64,000 bases of DNA, from contig PLFY01000046.1 of NCBI GenBank assembly GCA_003138365.1, positions 2,773 to 66,772 of the forward strand, read 5' to 3'. The translations under genes and the position numbers were made by a program. Of the stretch, positions 18,918 to 27,413 are shown piece after piece. Under the pieces are notes generated by a model, which did no database searches, was not told where the DNA came from, and saw only the letters and a list, made by a program, of their open reading frames with translations. Source of the stretch: Acidobacteriaceae bacterium (lineage in GTDB: Bacteria > Acidobacteriota > Terriglobia > Terriglobales > Acidobacteriaceae). The first letter of the stretch is position 1. Every line of letters begins with the position of its first letter.

Positions 18918-20243
18918 TTACTCCACAATCAGTTGCCGGCGAGCAGCCGGGATGGGAGCGGCTTCGTCCCGGACTATATCCTGTCTCGATTTTTGATCCT
19001 GATGCTCATCCATTTCCAGAACCATCGAACGGGGACGGCGCAGGGTGACGATCTCGTCGAGAATGCGGTCGGCGAGCTTGCGCTTGGGCATCTCAGGCAG
19101 CTCGATCGAGGTGGTGAGGGTGAGAAACGTGGCCGCGTTCCGATCCGCGTCAATGCCCACCCCATCGCCTGAAACATCGTTGACTACAATCGCATCCGCG
19201 CCCTTGCGCAGCAGCTTGGCGCGACCGTTTTCCATCAGGTTGTCTGTTTCCGCGGCAAAGCCCACGATGAGCTGACCGGGGCGGCGGCGGCGCACTACCT
19301 CAGCCAGAATGTCTTCAGTGGGGGCGAGCTCGAGGACGAGGTGACCGGTGCGCTTCAACTTCTGCTCGGAGACGTTGATGGGGCGGTAGTCAGCCACCGC
19401 AGCGGCTTTAATCACCAGAGTGGCTTCGGTCATTCGCTCGAGCACAGCCTGGCGCATCTGGTCGGCGGTCACGATCTTGATGAGTTCACAGTGTGCGGGC
19501 GGATGCAAGGCCGAAGGGCCGCTGATGAGAATGACTTTTGCGCCGCGGCTCTGCGCGGCTTCGGCCAGCGCGTAACCCATTTTGCCGCTGGAGCGGTTGC
19601 CGAGGAAACGAACGGGGTCAAGGGCCTCGCGCGTGCCGCCGGCGGTGACGAGAACAATTTCTCCTGCCAGGTCATGACGGCGGCCGAGCGCATTGAGCAC
19701 CGCGTCGGCAATGGCCTCAGGCTCGGCCATGCGGCCTGCGCCGACCATGCCGCAGGCCAGATCGCCTGTGCCTGGTTCAACAACGCGGACGCCGCGCTGA
19801 CGCAGCGTTTCAAGGTTGGCCTGCGTGGCTGGGTGGTCCCACATATTCACGTTCATCGCGGGAGCCACCAGGACCGGCGCCTGTGTGGCCAGGTACATTG
19901 TGGTGAGGAAGTCGTCGGCGATGCCGTGGGCGAATTTGGCCAGGATGTTGGCCGTGGCAGGAGCAACGACCAGCGCATCGGCCCACTGCGCCTCGCCGAT
20001 GTGCTCAATGCCATTTTTTTCGCTTGCGGCCTCACAGCAGCCATCGACGGCGCCCGAGTCGTCCCAGAGGCTGGTGATGACCTTGTGGCCGGTCAGCGCG
20101 GCGAAGGTGAGGGGCTGGACAAACCTGGCGGCCGACGCGGTCATGACCACGTGGACTTCAAGGGCCTGGCGCTGCAGGGCGCGCACCAGTTCCGCCGCCT
20201 TGTAGGCGGCAATTCCGCCGGAGACGCCCACGGTTACTCTCAT
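18918..20243 (-). CDS. coaBC: Bifunctional phosphopantothenoylcysteine decarboxylase/ligase
   Basis: GVSGGIAAYKA, PATAN, PAMNVNMW, GDLACG, TAGGTRE.LDPVRF..NRSSGKMG and GFAAET motifs. Confidence 0.97.
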   Translation of the reverse strand: MRVTVGVSGGIAAYKAAELVRALQRQALEVHVVMTASAARFVQPLTFAALTGHKVITSLWDDSGAVDGCCEAASEKNGIEHIGEAQWADALVVAPATANILAKFAHGIADDFLTTMYLATQAPVLVAPAMNVNMWDHPATQANLETLRQRGVRVVEPGTGDLACGMVGAGRMAEPEAIADAVLNALGRRHDLAGEIVLVTAGGTREALDPVRFLGNRSSGKMGYALAEAAQSRGAKVILISGPSALHPPAHCELIKIVTADQMRQAVLERMTEATLVIKAAAVADYRPINVSEQKLKRTGHLVLELAPTEDILAEVVRRRRPGQLIVGFAAETDNLMENGRAKLLRKGADAIVVNDVSGDGVGIDADRNAATFLTLTTSIELPEMPKRKLADRILDEIVTLRRPRSMVLEMDEHQDQKSRQDIVRDEAAPIPAARRQLIVE

Positions 20244-20307
20244 GGCTCGATTGTAGCCGGTTTCGATTGTGGCCGGCGCGATGCGGGATGGAAGAAATTG
20301 ACGGAGA

Positions 20308-20336
20308 TTGCGCGGGAGTAGACCAGGCTGTATGAT
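20308..20336 (+). promoter_or_regulatory. Putative sigma70 promoter TTGCGC-17-TATGAT (extended -10 TG)
   Basis: Exact 17-nt spacing, just upstream of the GT-C gene. Confidence 0.5.
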
Positions 20337-20382
20337 CTTTCCATCATGAGTCAAATCGCCGGCCCAAAGCGAAACGCCTGAC

Positions 20383-22122
20383 TTGCGAATCCCATTCAAA
20401 ACTCAATTGCCGGCAATCGCTTGCGCGCTGTTGCCCGCTCTCTGTGCCCTCCTGATCCGTCCCGGCGTGGAGACGGGCATCAGTGACGACTGGTCTTATA
20501 TCAAGATGGTTCAGGTGCTGGCGCAATCCGGCCACATCGTCTATAACGGCGCGGAAACGCCGATGCTGGGCTGGCAGCTTTTTCTTGGCGCTTTGTTTGT
20601 CAAGCTCTTCGGCTTCTCCTTCACAGTGGTTCGGTCCAGCACGCTGATCGTAGCCATGGCGATCGCCTTTCTGCTTCAGCGCACCTTTGTACGAGCGGGG
20701 ATTGGCCAATGGAACGCGGCTCTCGCGACATTGACTCTGGTTCTTTCACCTCTGTTCATGCCGCTTGCTTTCATGTTCATGTCAGACCTGTCCGGCCTGT
20801 TTTGCATCGTGCTCTGTCTGTATATGTGCTTGCGCACTTTGCAGGCCGCAACACTCCGCTCCACCATAGCCTGGATCAGCTTCGCCGCCCTGTTGAATGC
20901 GATCGGAGGAACCGCACGCCAGATCTCTTGGCTTGGCGTCCTGGTGATGGTTCCCTCCACACTCTGGCTGTTGCGACGGAAGCCGCGGGTGCTCCTGATT
21001 GGAGGGATAGCGAACCTCGCCGGCATTGGAATCGTCTTTGCGTCGATGCACTGGTTTAGCCAACAACCCTATTCGCTCCCTGAACCGTTGATCCCGAATG
21101 CCGTCAACTTCAAATCTTTGGAGAACGTTGTCGCAAACTTCCTCCGCGGTGGCGCGGAAGTAACTTTCCTTTCGCTTCCGGTGCTCCTGATGTTCGTTGC
21201 AATCCTCGCCAAAGCTCGCCAAAAGATGATTGCCTGGTTCGCCGCGGGCAGTCTTTTCGTCGTGCTGGTGGGACTATTCATGTTCCACCACCATGGGCCG
21301 GAGCACTGGCTCGCTCCATTTTTCGGGGATTATTTGAGCGCTCTCGGTGTGGTTGACGCTTACTCCATCCTGGGTGACCGTCCGGTGATTCTGCAGCTTG
21401 GCATCCGCGTCCTGCTGACTGTTGCCACCATGATTGGCTTGCTCGGCTTATTGACGGTTGTCTTCGGAGGCCTGCCCAAGCTGCCATCCCTTCCAGGCAG
21501 CGTTGCTTCCCTTTCGTGGCGTCAACTTGGCATCGTCGTTTTGCCGTTCAGCCTCGCCTACATTGCCCTGCTTATACCAAGAGCCGTTGTCAGTCGAGCG
21601 GCTGACCGCTATTTCCTGCCTTTGATGATGCTGGCTCTGCTGGTGCTAGCGCGGTACTTTCAGGAGAATGTCAGGCCAAACCTGCCGCTTGCCAGTCTGT
21701 TTGTCGTCGGAATCTTCGCAGCCTTTGGTATCGCTGCCACACACGACATGTTTGCCATGTATCGTGGCTACCTGGCTGCAATTCAGGAGATTCGGTCAAG
21801 CGGATTGCCCGCCACTTCCTTCAAAGGAGGATGGGAATACGACGGCTGGACGGAACTGGAAAAGGACGGGTACATCAACGACGATCGGATTCGCATTCCC
21901 CGCGGCGCTTATGTCCCTCAGCCGGTCACCGTCTTCCCCGCCGGATGCAATGGGGACTTCCTGGACCATACTCCTGCAGTCAAACCGCTTTATGCCTTGT
22001 CGTTTGATTCATCGCTGTGTAATGGGCCGGCCGGATTTCCTCCCGTGACTTACACCACCTGGCTTGCCCCGCACGCCACCTCGATTTACATCGTTAAATA
22101 TCCGGCCCTGTCGGATCGCTGA
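20383..22122 (+). CDS. Polytopic membrane GT-C-fold glycosyltransferase (ArnT/PMT-like)
   Basis: N-terminal DDWSY acidic motif, many transmembrane segments, soluble C-terminal tail. Confidence 0.7.
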   Translation: MRIPFKTQLPAIACALLPALCALLIRPGVETGISDDWSYIKMVQVLAQSGHIVYNGAETPMLGWQLFLGALFVKLFGFSFTVVRSSTLIVAMAIAFLLQRTFVRAGIGQWNAALATLTLVLSPLFMPLAFMFMSDLSGLFCIVLCLYMCLRTLQAATLRSTIAWISFAALLNAIGGTARQISWLGVLVMVPSTLWLLRRKPRVLLIGGIANLAGIGIVFASMHWFSQQPYSLPEPLIPNAVNFKSLENVVANFLRGGAEVTFLSLPVLLMFVAILAKARQKMIAWFAAGSLFVVLVGLFMFHHHGPEHWLAPFFGDYLSALGVVDAYSILGDRPVILQLGIRVLLTVATMIGLLGLLTVVFGGLPKLPSLPGSVASLSWRQLGIVVLPFSLAYIALLIPRAVVSRAADRYFLPLMMLALLVLARYFQENVRPNLPLASLFVVGIFAAFGIAATHDMFAMYRGYLAAIQEIRSSGLPATSFKGGWEYDGWTELEKDGYINDDRIRIPRGAYVPQPVTVFPAGCNGDFLDHTPAVKPLYALSFDSSLCNGPAGFPPVTYTTWLAPHATSIYIVKYPALSDR

Positions 22123-22424
22123 AGAATGCGGACTGCCGCTGTGCCTTGCTGTTGCATTCGACTTTGAATCTCACACTTCAAACCTCAAGCTTCTCGCTTC
22201 CATTTGATGTCTGCACATGGCGAGTGCTCGCAGCAGCCCGTTGCTGCTGCGAGGTGTTTCAGACCGGCAGGTGTGGAGCGGCTTCAAACTCAATGTGCAG
22301 GCGCAACAGTAGATTCCGTGTCCGGCGCCGCGAAGCACAGGCTACGGAAGAACGCGATGGGTGGTATATATTGTTGCAGAGCAACTTTCTCTCGGAGATC
22401 TCCGTATCCTATGATTTCCACACT

Positions 22425-23375
22425 ATGCTTTCCGTCGTAATTCCCGCCTATAACGAGGAAGACGGCATCGCCGAAATGTACCGCCGTATCGTGGCGGCGG
22501 CTCCTGCCTGGGGCGAAGAATTTGAGATTCTGATCGTCGACGATGGAAGCCGCGACCGGACCCTGGAGATTTGCGAGCAAATAGCCGCCGCCGACAGCAG
22601 GTTCAAGGTCATCAGCCTTTCCCGCAATTTCGGCCATCAAGCCGCCGTTTCAGCCGGTCTTATGCACGCGCGAGGAAAGATCGTTACCGTGATGGATGCG
22701 GATCTACAGGATCCTCCCGAGGAACTTCTCCCCTTCATCAAGAAGATTCACGAAGGCTGGGATGTAGTCTATGCGATACGCGCCAAACGGAAAGAAGGCC
22801 CCCTGAAACGGCTCTGCTACTGGAGTTACTACCGCATCCTGAAGCGGCTCTCCGTTCTGGATATTCCGCTTGACACCGGGGATTTTTGCGTCATGCGGGG
22901 CGAAGTCGTGGATGCCATCAATCAGCTTCCGGAGCGCAACCGGTTCGTGCGTGGCCTTCGAAGCTGGGTGGGTTTCCGCCAGACGGGAATGGCCTACGAA
23001 CGGCAGGCCCGTTTTGCCGGAAAACCCAAGTACAATTTCCCAAAGCTATTCAAGCTCGCCATGGACGGCATTATCAACTTCAGCTACCGGCCGCTCCAGT
23101 TCATCATGTCAATCGGCTTGGTTCTCGCTGGTTTCTGCATGCTGGCAGCCGTGTTTGTAGTCGTCCAGTATTTAACCAACTGGACGATTATCGGCTTCAA
23201 TCCTCGCAATGCGCGCGGATGGACATCCACCATCTTTATCATCTTGTTCTTCTCCGCGGTCAATCTGGTATGCATGGGCATACTGGGCGAATATATCGGC
23301 CGGCTATTTGAAGAGGTGAAATGCAGACCGAGCTGGATCGTCAAGAAGCGGATCAACCTCTCCCATGATTCCTGA
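22425..23375 (+). CDS. GT2 polyprenyl-phosphate glycosyltransferase (GtrB/DPM1-like)
   Basis: SVVIPAYNEE, VDDGSRD, SRNFGHQ, MDADLQDPP and ERNRFVRGL motifs; two C-terminal transmembrane helices. Confidence 0.92.
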   Translation: MLSVVIPAYNEEDGIAEMYRRIVAAAPAWGEEFEILIVDDGSRDRTLEICEQIAAADSRFKVISLSRNFGHQAAVSAGLMHARGKIVTVMDADLQDPPEELLPFIKKIHEGWDVVYAIRAKRKEGPLKRLCYWSYYRILKRLSVLDIPLDTGDFCVMRGEVVDAINQLPERNRFVRGLRSWVGFRQTGMAYERQARFAGKPKYNFPKLFKLAMDGIINFSYRPLQFIMSIGLVLAGFCMLAAVFVVVQYLTNWTIIGFNPRNARGWTSTIFIILFFSAVNLVCMGILGEYIGRLFEEVKCRPSWIVKKRINLSHDS

Positions 23376-23387
23376 GGCACGCCGGTC

Positions 23388-24148
23388 TTAGATCGTGTCG
23401 AGAACAGCCATGACCGAGGTTCCCGCAATGCGTTGCGGCAGAACTTCACATCGGGAGAGGTGATACAGGCCTGTGTTTATCAGGTTCCAGCGTGCATCGA
23501 ATCCGGCAGAGTGGATATCTGTTCGAATCTTTCCGATAGTCAGAGCCGCCTTGCGCAACGCAAGGACAGGTACCAAAGGCCAGCCCCAATACGTCGCCTT
23601 GCTTACGTTGAACCCATTCCTTCCGGCGACCTCCAGCAGGGAAGCCAGCGAATACCTGCGGTGATGACCCTGAGCCCAGTCATAAGGCGAGAACAGCCAC
23701 TCGACTGCCGGAACATTGATGATCAGGCAGCCACGATCAGCCAGGAGAAACCTGACGGAATCCAAAAACCGATCCTGATCTTCGATGTGTTCGAGGACGT
23801 CAAACATCAGCAATAAGTCGAATGCTTTCCTAAACTCATCCGCACGATCGTGAATATCGTAGCAATACACTTCTCCTCGCCTGCACATGTTCCGGCGCAG
23901 AGCGAATTCGTGCAAATCATATCCCGCTGGAGCAATACCGTAGGCATCTTCGAGTTGCCTCTGCAGAACTCCATTTCCACATCCGATTTCAGCAGCGCTT
24001 TTAACTGATCGAAGCCGTGCGTCGGCAAGCTTCTGCAAGACCTGAAATCGCCGCCTGCGCCAGAAATGCTGGGGGGTGCGAGATCGAAGTACTGGCCCGG
24101 CATCATGCCACTGCGCGGCCTTGACTTGAAAACGACCCGGTTGGCCAT
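23388..24148 (-). pseudogene. Class I SAM-dependent methyltransferase split by a frameshift at a G6/C6 run (24071-24076)
   Basis: Upstream frame MANRVVFKSRPRSGMMPGQYFDLAP continues, if one C is added, into QHFWRRRRFQVLQKL...EIGCGNG...FDVLEHIED. Confidence 0.65.
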
Positions 24149-24224
24149 CTCTAGCGTGTCTGGTTCACGTTTATGCGCCATGTGCGGAACACAACCCATG
24201 ATCCCATGCTTGATGCGGCTTCCT

Positions 24225-24420
24225 CTTGGGGCGGTGAGGGCGGCGAAGGTGCGCGGCTGAACAGCGTTGCCGGCAGACGCGGTCATGACACCGGAGACTT
24301 CAACAGCCCGGCGCTGCAGAATGCGCACCACTTCCGCCGCCCTGCAATCGCGATCCTGCGGGAGATGCTCACGTTTCCTCTCGTGGCTCGATTTTAGCTG
24401 GTTTCGATTGCTGCGGGCGG
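24225..24420 (-). pseudogene. Decayed duplicate of the coaBC 5' end and its upstream ~35-40 nt
   Basis: Aligns by eye to 20082-20280. It encodes RAAEVVRILQRRAVEVSGVMTASAGNAVQPRTFAALT versus CoaBC KAAELVRALQRQALEVHVVMTASAARFVQPLTFAALT, and the start codon is ACG. Confidence 0.88.
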
Positions 24421-24601
24421 GCACCTTGAACCAGGAGATCCGGGCGCTTGCGCGGTGTTCCGCGAGAGAGGGCGGGCGAAGCGGCTCCGAAGTCACTCGA
24501 CGGCGGTATAATTTGGGCTGTTCAAGGCCGACGAAGAAGACTCCAACTCATGGGAGAAACCCTGCGGCAAATGTACTTTGATTCTTGGAGGGGGCGCCAA
24601 C

Positions 24602-25210
24602 ATGCAAGGCAAGTTGGAATTGATGCTGGGACCGATGAGGAGCAACAAGACCGCGGAACTTCTGCGTCGCGCCGATATGCGGCGTCAGTACGCAGGCCAA
24701 TATGTCATGGTGCTCAAGCCCAGCGATGACACGAAGGGCGGACCTGGGGTGGTTGAGAGCCGCAACCCGAGAGGTCACGGGAAGATGCATGCCCTGGAAT
24801 TCAAATCCAATGACCCATGGGAGATTCTTCAAGCGATCTCAGACAAGGAATTGGAAATTGGGAAGAGAGTGGAATGCATCGCGATCGATGAGGGGCAATT
24901 TGTGGATGAGCTATTCCCTTTGACGCGGCGCCTGCTCGATGAAAACCATGACGTCCTGGTCGCCGGGCTCGATCTGGACTTTCGAGCTATTCCTTTTGGA
25001 GAGATGCTCAACCTGGCGTGGTTTGTGAATGCATACGGCGGCAGTATTACCGAATGCATTGCATACTGCTCCTGCGGAAACCGAGCCCTTTACTCGCAGC
25101 GGCTGATCGAAGGTGAACCTGCGCCCTATGACAGTCCCATCAAAATGCCCGGCGACTCGTACGAGCCGCGTTGCGCGGAACATTTTGTACTGCCGGGGCG
25201 TCCTCACTGA
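24602..25210 (+). CDS. tdk: Thymidine kinase
   Basis: GPMRSNKT, IAIDEGQF, VAGLDLDFRAIPFG, Zn-binding C-SC...YEPRCAEHF; TATAAT at 24507-24512 upstream. Confidence 0.9.
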   Translation: MQGKLELMLGPMRSNKTAELLRRADMRRQYAGQYVMVLKPSDDTKGGPGVVESRNPRGHGKMHALEFKSNDPWEILQAISDKELEIGKRVECIAIDEGQFVDELFPLTRRLLDENHDVLVAGLDLDFRAIPFGEMLNLAWFVNAYGGSITECIAYCSCGNRALYSQRLIEGEPAPYDSPIKMPGDSYEPRCAEHFVLPGRPH

Positions 25211-25219
25211 CAGATGGAA

Positions 25220-25450
25220 CTAACTCAGCAGAATGGGAATGGCTGGACCATCGATCAGCGGCTTCACCACGGGAACATCGGTCTTGACGTAGGCGATTTT
25301 GCCCGCTTCGATTTCATCCTGGGCGATGCGGCAGGCCTTGGTGGACTGGCTGTGGACCAGAGCGTGGGAGCCACTCTGCAACTGCCGGGCGCGGCGGGCG
25401 GCTACCAGAACCTTGCGGTAGTTGGAATCGAAACCGGTCTCAATCGTCAT
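25220..25450 (-). CDS. rpoZ: RNA polymerase omega subunit
   Basis: DSNYRKVLVAARRARQL...KACRIAQDEIEAGKI; follows gmk. Confidence 0.9.
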   Translation of the reverse strand: MTIETGFDSNYRKVLVAARRARQLQSGSHALVHSQSTKACRIAQDEIEAGKIAYVKTDVPVVKPLIDGPAIPILLS

Positions 25451-26216
25451 TGGGGTCCTCACCATCCTGAGCGGGGTCCTCCCGATCGGAGTCCTCGCCA
25501 AAGTCAAGCTGCTGCTGGCCGGTGGAGCCGAGAATGCCAAAGGCCTCCAGCACGGGCTTTAGGCGCTCCTGCGAGTTGAACTGCAAACATGCAGCGGCAA
25601 CTTCCAACACCCGGCGCGAGCGGTACGCGATCACTTCCCCATTGCGATAATAGCGCTCGGCGAGCACAATCGCCTCGAGTTGGGCTACCGCCCTGTCCAG
25701 AATGTCGTTGACCAGAATATAACCGTACTCGCGATAATTTTCAATTTCCTTGCTGGCCTCGTTGAGCCGCCGGTAGACTTCTTCCTCGTTCACAACACCT
25801 TCGGCGCGGCTGCGATTGCGCAAGCGGGTGCGCAGAACTCTGGGGTTGGGCGGCATGACGAAGATGCTGACGGCCTCTGGCATTCTGGCGCGAACCTGGG
25901 ATGCGCCTTGAACGTCAATATCCAGCAGCAGGTCGTGGCCGGCCGAGCGAGCCTCTTCAAGCGACTTGCGGGCAGTGCCGTAGAAGTTGCCGAAGACCTC
26001 GGCGTGCTCAAGGAAGACGTTCGTGTCGAGCATGCGCTGAAACTCTTCCCGGGAGGTGAAGTTGTACTCGCGCCCATTCTCCTCAGAGCCACGGGGCGGC
26101 CGCGTTGTCCACGAGATGGCGAACTCGACGCCGCTCACCTGCTTGCGCAGTTCGCTTACCAGCGTGCTTTTGCCCGAGCCCGAGGGCGCCGAAATGATGA
26201 AGAGAATTCCTGCCAC
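25440..26216 (-). CDS. gmk: Guanylate kinase
   Basis: SAPSGSGKST, TTRPPRGSE..GREYNF and EHAEVFGNFYGT motifs. Confidence 0.96.
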   Translation of the reverse strand: MAGILFIISAPSGSGKSTLVSELRKQVSGVEFAISWTTRPPRGSEENGREYNFTSREEFQRMLDTNVFLEHAEVFGNFYGTARKSLEEARSAGHDLLLDIDVQGASQVRARMPEAVSIFVMPPNPRVLRTRLRNRSRAEGVVNEEEVYRRLNEASKEIENYREYGYILVNDILDRAVAQLEAIVLAERYYRNGEVIAYRSRRVLEVAAACLQFNSQERLKPVLEAFGILGSTGQQQLDFGEDSDREDPAQDGEDPNDD

Positions 26217-26280
26217 TGTTGTCCTTCAGGGAGTCTCGGATCACGCTGCCGAAAAGGCATATTCCGATAAGAAGCATTCC

Positions 26281-26435
26281 CTCGGGGGCTAAAGCCCATT
26301 GAATTCTTGCGTTCGTTGCGGCACGGCTGAAGCCGTGCCCTTTCAAAGCAACAAGTTTTGCTGCAACCTGTAAAGTCGTGCCCCTTGAAAGCAGCGCGTC
26401 TTTCAAAGCCAGTAAAGCCGTGCGCTTTCAAAGCC
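26281..26435. repeat. REP cluster with three tandem AAG(C/T)CGTGC..T(T)(T/G)AAAGC units
   Basis: GGGGCTAAAGCCC; GGCACGGCTGAAGCCGTGCC hairpin; repeats near 26330, 26372 and 26414. Confidence 0.78.
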
Positions 26436-26486
26436 TTGCTGTCCGACGCGCATCAAAGTTCGTTGGTTCATGTCCCTCAAGACTTG

Positions 26487-27374
26487 TTATTCCACGTTTT
26501 GAATCTGTTCGCGAGCCTTTTCGATCTCCGACTTCATGGCCAGTCCCAACTCAGTAATTCGGGTTCCCTTTCCGCCCACGCCGCCGGTCTTGGAGAGCAG
26601 GGTGTTGGCCTCGCGGTTCATTTCCTGGAGGAGAAAATCGAGTTTCTTGCCCAACTCGCCGCCTGCGGCCAGCAGCTCACGGAAATGCGCGATGTGGGTG
26701 TGCATCCGGGCCAGCTCCTCGGCAATGTCGCTGCGTTCGACGAGCACGGCAACTTCCTCGAGCAGCCGTTGGCGGTTGAACTCCGAGCCGGTGGCGGCAA
26801 CCAGCCGCTGGGTCAGACGCTCCTGGTAGCGCTGCTCGATTTCGGGGCGCAACGCAGCCACTCCGTCGGTTGCCTCGGCCAGCCGGTCGAGCGTGGCGTT
26901 GAGGATCGCATCGAGCGCCTCGCCGTCGCGAGCACGCATAATCTTCAACTGGTCGAGCAGGGGCGCAATCTCCTTCCGCACGCTTTCGGCCAGGGCCGCC
27001 AGGTCCTCGTCGCCGCGATTCTCAGTTTGCAGAGCCCCGGGCAGGCGCAGAACAGAGTTCAGGTCCGGTTCTCCGGTGAGCCCATTCTCGTCGCGCGCCG
27101 CGGCAAATGCGGCAATGTAGCCGGCCACCAGTTCGCGATTGTAGCCGCCCTTTTGCTGGTTGCTGCGATCGACGGTCAGAGTCAACTCGACGTGGCCGCG
27201 GACGAGGGAGTCCTTGATCGCCTTGCGCAGTTCGGTCTCCAGCGCGTCGAGGCCCGAGGGGAGGCGCAACTGCACGTCGAGGAAGCGGTGGTTGACGCTC
27301 TTTACGCTCAGCGTGTAGCTGAGTTGCTGGTGCACCTGAACCCGCGCAAACCCTGTCATCGAATAGATCGGCAT
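26487..27374 (-). CDS. YicC-family protein
   Basis: SMTGFAR, SVNHRFLD, DIAEELARM..H and GKKLDFLLQEMNREANT motifs. Confidence 0.95.
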   Translation of the reverse strand: MPIYSMTGFARVQVHQQLSYTLSVKSVNHRFLDVQLRLPSGLDALETELRKAIKDSLVRGHVELTLTVDRSNQQKGGYNRELVAGYIAAFAAARDENGLTGEPDLNSVLRLPGALQTENRGDEDLAALAESVRKEIAPLLDQLKIMRARDGEALDAILNATLDRLAEATDGVAALRPEIEQRYQERLTQRLVAATGSEFNRQRLLEEVAVLVERSDIAEELARMHTHIAHFRELLAAGGELGKKLDFLLQEMNREANTLLSKTGGVGGKGTRITELGLAMKSEIEKAREQIQNVE

Positions 27375-27413
27375 TTTCTGCTACTCCTGTGGCCCGGTGG
27401 TGAGCGCAAGATG

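Noticed and set aside
23807-24496. 229-aa ORF as a real gene
   Set aside because: It is a chimera of the coaBC remnant and the methyltransferase N-terminus, and it continues out of frame after the C6 run.
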